Origin: Paramoeba atlantica
Lineage: Eukaryota > Protista > Discosea
Length of the DNA stretch: 64,000 bases
Assembly (NCBI GenBank): GCA_977017575.1
Contig: CDRNVI010000051.1
Location: forward strand, 186,001 to 250,000
Reading direction: 5' to 3'
A program made the translations under genes and the position numbers. Of this stretch, positions 55,829 through 64,000 are shown piece after piece (within the stretch, counting starts at the first letter, position 1; every line of letters begins with the position of its first letter). The notes under the pieces were generated by a model. That model had not been told where the DNA came from. It did not search any database and worked only from the letters and a program-made list of their open reading frames with translations.

Positions 55829-58711
55829 TCATCTCGACACCGTCGTGTCCATCTTTCGAGCAATGTACGCACTCAGCACACTCAGCGGATTTGTAGCGGT
55901 CAACGTCGCCGACAAGCGCTTTTCGATATCCTGCATTTTCCGAGCCACCGAGGTTTGAATGTCGATCAACACACGCGATTCATAGTCCACACTCTCTTGC
56001 ACACAATTCGTGAACTGTTCTTCCATTGTGTTCATGTGGGTGCCCATGGTCTGCATTTGTGAGGAGAGGCTACTAAAGTGTTCATTTAATTTGTCTACGG
56101 CCTGTGAAAGCCGATCTTTTAAATTCCGCTCACGTTCCCGTAGAGCCTCGGTCTCCTTGCGAACGAGACGGAGATAATTTTCCCGATGTGTTTGGTTTCG
56201 TTGCTTGGTCTCATCGAGTGCCTGCTGCAGCGTGTCCATGGCAAGGGAGAGGTACTGCAGTCCCTCCTCGCGCTGTTTTCGCACGGTTTGGGAGAGCACC
56301 TGCCGGACTTGGCTCAGCAGGGTATCAAACTCACCTCCCTCCAGTTGATGCGCGGCATGAACTCCAGATCCCAACAACCGAAGTGTCGTGTTCTCTTCGT
56401 TGGGTATTTTCTGTACGTATTCTGAAAGTTCGGGTGGAGAGAATGTCCCGGACTCTGCTTGAGAAAGAAACTGAAAGTCTAAAGTTTGTGCAGTATTTTG
56501 AGGCCCAATTTGGGCGCTTGTCGCTGAGCTCCTGTGTGGCTCTTTAACCGCAGAACTGCTTTCTCCGTGTGCTTCGCTTTGTAATTTATTCGATTCTCCT
56601 TTTCCCGGACTCACTGCCTCCTCGGAGGGAATCTCATAATTCAGCACAGAGAGCGCAGGGAGATGAGCTAACGGAGTTTTCTCCCGAGACTGAGGTTCCA
56701 GTCGTCTAGCACGGGCCGATCTTTCCCCTTTTGAAAAAGAGGCTCCTTGTTTTAAAGGTGTAGTCGGATTCCTCGCATTTTCCCTCGCAATCTTTTCTTT
56801 TTCTACTGATCCTCGTTGTACTCGCAACCCAGGGCTTGGCTCGCCTTTCTGTCCCATTTTTCTTCCGCTTTTTTTCGTGGAGGATCGAGAAAGGACAGCA
56901 GGCGTATGATCCGGTAGATTTTCGGCAGTGTGCTCTTGAGAGAGCCGCGCACGAACCGCCGAGCGGGTATTACGACAGGGCGCATCCAAATCGTGATACG
57001 GCGAAGGCGTACGCACTCTTTTCACTATATTTATATCATTTTTTCTGCTCTCTATTTCAGTTACTTCATCTGGATATTGCGGCACAGCTTCATGGGCTTC
57101 TCGTATTCCTGCATCGATGGGGGATTCCAGAGAAGAGGCCAGCGCCTCGCGTACATCCAGAGAGGTGATTACGGCAGGCGGTGCGTCGTGATCCGGAGGA
57201 CTTGTGTCTATCGAAAGAGGAGAAACGTTCACCACTTCGGGAATCTTCGTTTCCGATGGTCTAGAAGTTAACCGATTCGGAACACCCTCCACGGTCGAAC
57301 TCGTCAAACGGTTGGCATGATCTTGCATCGATTTATCCACAGCTACATGGGAAACGCTTTGCTCTCTCGTGTTCATCGCCTCAATCAAACGTTGCTGTTC
57401 GTTTTGTACCCAGTGACGAAGCTCAGAATTTTTAATATACGCAAAAGTGGGGGCGTCAAACTCCACACTCAGTTCAGCCCCCTCCCCCCGACGTGGATGC
57501 GAAGCTGCAGAACTTAGCCCCGAAATTTTCGAATCGTCCCATCCCGTACAGGCCAACAGATTCCCCGGCACACTTAGCAATTTGAAAACTAAAATACGGC
57601 CTTTTAGAATACGAATGCTTCGAATGTGGCAATACGGCAGCGTGTACTCCGGGTGAGCCGCGCAGTCCAGGTGAAGTAATGTGGTCGTGAAACACACACG
57701 AAGCGGTTCCTGCAGCTGCAACTTGGAGAGGGCTACCCGAGCAGCGGTCGCGAACAAGAACTCGGGGTTGGGCTTTAGTGTGTAGTACTTTTCGAGCATT
57801 TTACGGAGCGCATCCGTTAATCCACGCGTCGGAGGTAAGGGGTGAGCGTTCTTGAGCAGGAATCGTGCCAGGGGGTGGTCCTGACGTCCCGGAAGAAGAT
57901 GAAAAACATCTTTTTTTAAAAGGTGCAGTACGTGGATGGTGGATGCGAGAAGGTGGAGATTAAAGAAGTAGGACTTAGAGAGGTCCATAAGGGGAATCAG
58001 GCGGCTGGAGAAAAACGACAGCAGTTTGCCTCGGGCCTCCTGCTGTGGCACGTGCGGAATCACGAAGCAAAGGAGCTCGGCAAGCAAGGGTGGAATTTCC
58101 CATCCTCGCGGTAGTTCGACCATTGCAATAATACGGTGGCACACCTCGGTGCACTGTTGTTTGTTGATGGAAACTGTATGGAGGAACGCAATAAAGGTTT
58201 GTAACGATATGGCACAAAATTTGGTCCAAGTTTCTAAAATGCTTTCGCACGGCGTGATATTCTGCTCACCGGTTTTAGAAGTTTCCTGTGAATTTTCGAT
58301 CAAACTTTGTGGTGTGTATACTTCAGCACTTCCTTCGAAGGAGACCTCAACAATGTTCCAAAGTGTCTGTAAAATATTTTGAAGATTGGATGCGATCGTG
58401 GAATTATTCTTTTTTCCGTACATTCCCGAACCAGGGACGACAGCAACGAGATTTAACAATTCCCAAGCGTAGTCAAAGGTAGGTAGAGCGGTCGTTCCGT
58501 CATTACTTGCAGTTGCTGTTTCCGTTGTGATTTGCGATTTTAGGAGCTCATGGCTTAGTGCTGCTGCATCACTTACGTCCTGAAGAGTTAAATTAGTGAG
58601 GCGACTCCTCATTTCTCGAATAGCTTCTTTCGATGGCAGAGCCGAAGAATCCGATAATCTTCTTTCTCGAAGAGCTTTTCCTAAATCCGATACTAGTGAA
58701 GAAAAGGTCAT
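55829..58711 (-). CDS. SYCP2-like / KKT17-KKT18-like protein (ARM-like + PH-like + disordered linker + C-terminal coiled coil)
   Basis: Helical N-terminal ~310 aa; beta-rich LRVCFTTTLLHL..LPYCHIRSIRI..ILVFKL; low-complexity linker; ~140-aa heptad C-terminus. Confidence 0.6.
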   Translation of the reverse strand: MTFSSLVSDLGKALRERRLSDSSALPSKEAIREMRSRLTNLTLQDVSDAAALSHELLKSQITTETATASNDGTTALPTFDYAWELLNLVAVVPGSGMYGKKNNSTIASNLQNILQTLWNIVEVSFEGSAEVYTPQSLIENSQETSKTGEQNITPCESILETWTKFCAISLQTFIAFLHTVSINKQQCTEVCHRIIAMVELPRGWEIPPLLAELLCFVIPHVPQQEARGKLLSFFSSRLIPLMDLSKSYFFNLHLLASTIHVLHLLKKDVFHLLPGRQDHPLARFLLKNAHPLPPTRGLTDALRKMLEKYYTLKPNPEFLFATAARVALSKLQLQEPLRVCFTTTLLHLDCAAHPEYTLPYCHIRSIRILKGRILVFKLLSVPGNLLACTGWDDSKISGLSSAASHPRRGEGAELSVEFDAPTFAYIKNSELRHWVQNEQQRLIEAMNTREQSVSHVAVDKSMQDHANRLTSSTVEGVPNRLTSRPSETKIPEVVNVSPLSIDTSPPDHDAPPAVITSLDVREALASSLESPIDAGIREAHEAVPQYPDEVTEIESRKNDINIVKRVRTPSPYHDLDAPCRNTRSAVRARLSQEHTAENLPDHTPAVLSRSSTKKSGRKMGQKGEPSPGLRVQRGSVEKEKIARENARNPTTPLKQGASFSKGERSARARRLEPQSREKTPLAHLPALSVLNYEIPSEEAVSPGKGESNKLQSEAHGESSSAVKEPHRSSATSAQIGPQNTAQTLDFQFLSQAESGTFSPPELSEYVQKIPNEENTTLRLLGSGVHAAHQLEGGEFDTLLSQVRQVLSQTVRKQREEGLQYLSLAMDTLQQALDETKQRNQTHRENYLRLVRKETEALRERERNLKDRLSQAVDKLNEHFSSLSSQMQTMGTHMNTMEEQFTNCVQESVDYESRVLIDIQTSVARKMQDIEKRLSATLTATNPLSVLSAYIARKMDTTVSR

Positions 58712-60926
58712 TGGAAACACGTAATAAAAATTGTGTTCTTTTATTCATTTATTGCTCTAATTAGGTTAACTCCATATACAGTAGGTTGCTTCTCACTGTG
58801 TTAGCAACCGGTATGCAAATATTTTTAAACCAAAAGTTTAATAATGTTTGGGATAACTATTAAAAAATTTAATAGTTGAGTTATTCATGCATTGGTCGCA
58901 GTATGATTATTTGCACATTTGGCTACACATAATCTACATTAACCTTTGCTTAACTACAAATGATTCGCACCCTCCACTAGGGAACGAGCTGTGCTATGCA
59001 ACTTGGAAATGCGCACATGACCCCAAATGAATTGCACAGGTTCCAGAAAAACTGTTATTCAGAACTCAAGTAAATGTTCAGTATGTCTTACGCATTGTGG
59101 TGTACTACTAGATTCTTGTTCACTTTATCCGCAATCAGTGCTATGCGTTTATCAAACTGGTCTGTTACTAAGGTGTTGCTAGATCTGAAATATTGGTTCC
59201 TTAAGTCGTCTAACCTAGCAGAGAGCTCCTTCTTATCACTACGAGTTACATCATATGGATGTTCGGACTCGATGGCAGCATGACCATGTGTTTGGTCGAT
59301 TGTCGAATATGCTAACTCCTCGATCACTTGAGATTTGAATACACGGTCGTGCAGGGCCTTCTTCTCGTACGCAAAATTTGCATGTTGCATAAAATAAAAG
59401 TATTACAAAGATTTTTCTACTTTCGGAAATGAATCATATTGCACATACTTGAAAAATTGTACTTTCAAAGTTAATTAGATTTCACTTGTACATACTTGAA
59501 AAGGAGTGGACACATGATCGAACACAAGGAACACCGCTTTCGATATTTGCGCGTGATTGGACACGAACTTTATGTGTCAAGGTTACTTACTTTGGAATTG
59601 AATATCCAGAGATATCCCAGAGAAACTAGGAAGCGTGCATCAGAAACATCCAGCCACTAAAATTTCAAATTGTGGGTCCACAATGTTTCGGAATATTTTT
59701 GTTTGCTTTCATTGTACAATGTTCATTGAATTGCTTCCTTTGAATCAGCGGTTGGAACGAGACAACCGGAGTTGTCTTCGTTGAATCATCGCTGTCGCGA
59801 AAATTTCCTGCGAACTTTCTCTAGTCATTCAGAACAACATGAGTTAGATGTAGCACGACTCCAAATTAACCGAGTTAAAGCACACCTCTGCGTCATTTGC
59901 GAGCAGATTTTTGTTCATCAGGGACATTTAGCGGTCATCGACGAAAGACGCCCAAGAGGCAACCCATATTACGCGGCATAAGTTGGACTCGGTGCTGTGC
60001 CTCGAACGTGCTCCCCACATCCATGCAGACGAACCGGGGAGTCGTCTCGATCACCGCCGTCTTCACGTGCATCCGGGTGTGAAGAAGCACATGTAGTTCC
60101 AGGAGGAATGTTCATACGATAGTTCATGAGCAGACTCCAGCGAATATACATCCTCTCAAGACACTTACGTTTCCAAATCAAACTGTTTCAGGGTAAGATA
60201 CATAGTTCCCAATTTGGTTTGTCAGCAAATGCAGCCCTACTACTTTTTGAGCTCATGCGAACACGACATACAAAATTATGACCTCCAACCTCGCAATTTT
60301 TCTCATAAAGTACGACGCGAAGCAATGCCAAATTTTGCCAGTGTCGAGAGGAAACGCTTGTAAGGGCGCTGAGAGAGGTCGAACACTGGAACACGTGGCG
60401 CCCTGCTTTCAATTCTTCTGGAGATTGTAATGAAGGTGAACATGGAAGTGCTATGCGTTCCGCGACGTGAGCAAAATCAACTATGAACTCTATACCCCAG
60501 TGTGCATTTGGAATATTGTGGTTTAAAACGTACACAAGTTCCAAGTTTAGTTCTGTGAGCAGCATACAATTGCGCGGAGAAGCACTTTGATCCATAACGG
60601 TCATTCCCATTTCACTAATCATCGGCGTAAAGAACGAACAGAGTAAAAAGGTGAAGCTCTTGTATTACGAGTTACAGAGTAACTACTTAATCACCTGATG
60701 AAATGAGACTACTTAACTACAAAACTGTAACTTGCCACTACACACTATCAAACCCTACTTAATTTTCCAACCCCCCTATTTTACAGTAATACCCCCTATT
60801 TTACAATGAAGTAAAATTAAAAGGTTTAAATTCTTGTAAGAGTAAAATAATTATAATACTATACAGTATAATACCATACAGTATATTTTACCACTTCTAC
60901 AAAATTGCGAGATACCATAATGAATT

Positions 60927-61769
60927 CTATATTTTGACACACGCTGGAATTGATGTTGATTGCACATCCAAAAAATATATATTTCCACTTAAATCCAAAT
61001 TATGCATAGTTGAAGGCAATGCGTCAAGCAATACTTTTCCCGTAAATGCGTTGTCGCCCAGGGCGAGCGTACGTAATTTGCTAGGAAGTTTGCGAAGCTC
61101 CAACTCACCATCAAGCTTGTTCTTCGACAAGGATAATATATCAAGTTGATTCGGAAGATTTGTTAAGTCGACGTTCCCTACGAATTGATTTCCTTGAAGA
61201 TAGAGCTTGATAAGTCCTTCTGGGAGTATCGTCAAAACAACATTTCCTGAAAAACAATTACGGGGCAAAGACAACGCTTTTAACGAAGGAGGAAGTGAGG
61301 TAAGATCAAGTTCACCGGAAAATCTCGTAGCTGCTGACCAAAGTTCCTGAAACACAAGTGGTAAGCAGCCGGTATCAAAGGCTCCGTAAAAGGAGTTGTA
61401 TTGGATGTTTAAATAGGTGAGCTTAGGAGGAAGTGCAGAAACCTGAAAACGTCCACCAAGTTCATTATCTCCCACACGAAGATCGCAAACAGTATGGGGT
61501 ACGCTACTCCAAGAGAGATTACCCTTCAGTGCTCTATTCAGCCAATTGATAGTAAGAACTTCATCATCTGAATTACAAGCGACACCCACCCATAAGCATG
61601 GTTGTGTTTCCTTCTTGGTAATCACTGACTTTGCCTCCAGATTCTTAATAAATTGTGCCATTTGCATGTCTTGTGAAAGGATGGCTCCTCGTACTTTGCC
61701 CAGACGGGTTGCAGTCTGGGATGAATCCGCAAGTGCAGATCTTCTGAGAAATTGACAAAGAAATGTCAT
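60927..61769 (-). CDS. LRR protein, same family
   Basis: RLGKVRGAILSQDMQMAQFIKNL, PCLWVGVAC, LRRs. Confidence 0.9.
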   Translation of the reverse strand: MTFLCQFLRRSALADSSQTATRLGKVRGAILSQDMQMAQFIKNLEAKSVITKKETQPCLWVGVACNSDDEVLTINWLNRALKGNLSWSSVPHTVCDLRVGDNELGGRFQVSALPPKLTYLNIQYNSFYGAFDTGCLPLVFQELWSAATRFSGELDLTSLPPSLKALSLPRNCFSGNVVLTILPEGLIKLYLQGNQFVGNVDLTNLPNQLDILSLSKNKLDGELELRKLPSKLRTLALGDNAFTGKVLLDALPSTMHNLDLSGNIYFLDVQSTSIPACVKI

Positions 61770-62750
61770 GTAATAAACAGAAATACAAGTGTCGTACAGG
61801 TAGAGTAATCACTACAGTTTCTTTAACTTCTAAATTCGGAAAATACGGTAAAGAAATACTATCCTCCCTATTGATGGTCCAAAACTGAAAAGAAAGTGAA
61901 AAAAAAGGGGGGTCCAGGGTGAGTCCAGGGGGGTCCAGAGGGGGGGGGGCAGGGGGGGGTACCGCACGAATGGTTTTTTGAAACAATTATTTTTCGAACA
62001 AAACCCTCAGAAGCGGTAGCCGGCGTCTTGGCGCACATTTTCCACCCCCCTACCCGGGGTTGACCCGCCAGCTTATCCGCAGGACAGGTCCGCCCAGTTC
62101 GGATTTTTTCGGAAAAAAAATCGAAAAAAATTTCTCTTGGCGAAAAAAATGGAAAAGATATGTTTTCCAAAATTGTTTCCCCTAATGTATTTTGATAGTT
62201 TAGGACCCTTACTACCTTCGAGCCGTGGTATTTTTTGACTGAAAAAGGTGAAAAAGTATTTTTCGGGCCCCAAGGGGGCTTTTTGTGTCGAAAGAATGGG
62301 GTGTTTGGAGTCGTACCCAATACGTTTGGTAGGCTTTCATTCATTCCTACGAGTGATTTCCCACGCGCAGGTGTCAGATTTAGTGCACTGAGAGCAAAAA
62401 TCACCCCACTTTTACCCTAAAATAGGCTACTTTTGGCTACCTTCTGGCTAGTATAATCTTTCCGTTTTCTTCAGCTTTCCAGGCCAAATTTTCTTTTTTT
62501 TGGGGGCTCTTCGGTAAACGCGGTGGTAATTTTCAACGCGAAGCGCGCAGAGTGAGTGACTTCTAAGTTGAAAATAATATTTTTCCAAAATCGACTCCTA
62601 AAACGCATTTTAAGATTTTTGGACCTCAGCTACCATTCTACGACATTTTTTTCGACAGATTCGCCTCCTGCCCCTACTGCCAAGGCATCAAAAACGGCCC
62701 AAATTCGGGTTGAAATTTCGCAATTTGCACTGAAAAATCCAGTTTTTTAA

Positions 62751-62938
62751 CCCAAAAAATAGCTTACTCATGATCGTTTCGCGATTATCCGTTTTTAGGC
62801 TCTTCATTAAACGCGGAGGTAGTTTTCAACGCGAAGCGCGCAGCAGTGGTGACTTCTAAGTTGAAAACAACCACCGCGTTTAATGAAGTCTAAAAACGAA
62901 AAATCGCGAAATGGTCATGAATAATCTATTTTTTTGGG
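62751..62938. repeat. Long fold-back repeat (about 80-bp arms); partial copy at 62505-62576
   Basis: cccaaaaaatag..cttcattaaacgcgg.ggtagttttcaac / gttgaaaacaaccaccgcgtttaatgaag..ctatttttttggg. Confidence 0.85.
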
Positions 62939-63345
62939 GGAATAACCTCGATTTTCTGGCAAAAAATGCAAAATTTTTGCGGGGGATACTACTCTCTCGC
63001 TACCGTAGGTTCATTCGTCGTGCCCGATTTGTGGCGCGATTTCGTGTCCGATATACATGAGGGGCTGCGGGTGTGCATCACCGAACCCGCACCGAACCGG
63101 CCCTTTGCATTTGAGGTCGAATGAGGTCTATTTTAGCCCAAATAAATGGATTGGACACGTATAAAGTAGCTTAAAGTGTAGTTTTTTTAGTTTGTTACCG
63201 TACATAGCCGCCTTACTGTGAAAATATGGTGTACGCTGTATACGGTGCTGTATACGAACGGTGTATGCATTACACAAATCAAATGTACAATTAATAAACC
63301 CTCCACAATACATGCATAATTATTTTACATTATCCTCCTTTTTAT

Positions 63346-63950
63346 ATGATGAGCCCTGTTGAGAGCTACGAAAATTTCACTTCACGTATGAAGGTCACAT
63401 CTGCGAGGGATGACGTATACGACGTCATTGTCGCATCGCTTATGCGCACCTTCACGAAGCGCAAAACTCCTTTCGCCCTCCAGCGTTCGTTATCACTGAG
63501 GAGGAGTTGGGAGCCAAGGAGGAATAATGCATGAGGCGCGTATCGCGCACGATGGACAGCTACTTACATGCCACACGCTCTGTGTGTGGCGTGGAGGTTA
63601 GCTCCCAAGTGCTGCAGCGTGTCATCTTCCATCTTGTGGAGCGCCGAGGACACCTTCTCTTGGATTGTCTGCCACGAGGGGTCTACTTCCTTGCAGAGGC
63701 GACGCGTGATCTGGAAGCTTTCTTGGAACAGAACCCTCTCTACGCCATTCCTCATGAAGGAGCTGTGGGGGAGTTCGTGGAGAACGTGTGGCTTTCTGTT
63801 TCAGGAAAGCGTTCCAGATCATGCACTCTGTGGCGCAAACGGAAGAGTGGCCAGCGTAAAGAAAACTTAGCAGAGGAATCCCTTTCTTCTACGGTGATCT
63901 CTTCACCCAACTTGCGCACTCAACCTTCCTCGCTCCCTCAACCTTGGTGA
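63346..63950 (+). pseudogene. Member of unassigned protein family (paralog of 23828-24299), downstream of a GAGGGGCTGCGGGT terminus at 63059
   Basis: ITEEELGAKEE*CMRRVSRTMDSYLH..VCGVEV..RRGHLL..VYFL..VWLSVSGKRSRSCTLWR. Confidence 0.6.
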
Positions 63951-64000
63951 AGCCTCTTTGAAGCCACATTCCTCTCGCGTGATGCGCATTCCTTCCCTTT

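Noticed and set aside
59880-59945. C2H2 zinc finger (CVICEQIFVHQGHL)
   Set aside because: Both terminal His ligands are missing and the ORF is short and on the non-cluster strand.
61860-62420. 178-aa minus-strand ORF
   Set aside because: Composed of homopolymer-rich, transposon-end-like sequence; no protein motifs.
1-64000. Stop-codon reassignment (Blastocrithidia- or ciliate-like code) suggested by in-frame TAG/TAA/TGA in TE genes
   Set aside because: Long host ORFs have no internal stops, and all three stops end genes at homologous C-termini (LRR paralogs end with TAG, TAA or TGA; PGK ends AKL-TGA).

Overview
Eukaryotic, intron-free, transposon-rich DNA, most likely from a kinetoplastid or prokinetoplastid-like euglenozoan (inference). 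All recognisable host genes lie on the minus strand, like a polycistronic cluster. They are: a PAS-like/PGK fusion ending in PTS1 (AKL), a poxvirus-VP39-type cap 2'-O-methyltransferase, a small membrane protein, an N- and C-terminal BRCT protein, a divergent SET-like protein, HscB with a large polyQ insertion, a 960-aa SYCP2/KKT17-18-like protein, and seven members of one LRR family. The gaps are filled with mobile-element remains: an intact TIR- and TA-flanked Tc1/mariner, a second Tc1 with one stop, pogo-like elements (one running into a Ulp1/C48-like protease domain), a hAT with an 8-bp TSD, Merlin/IS1595 pieces, RLE-type LINE fragments, a tyrosine-recombinase retroelement remnant, a Copia-like RNase H remnant and many MITEs. 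The most unexpected items are two copies of a bacterial-type IS30 transposase remnant in this eukaryotic context and the pogo-Ulp1 fusion. All assignments are by-eye motif recognition; no searches were run.
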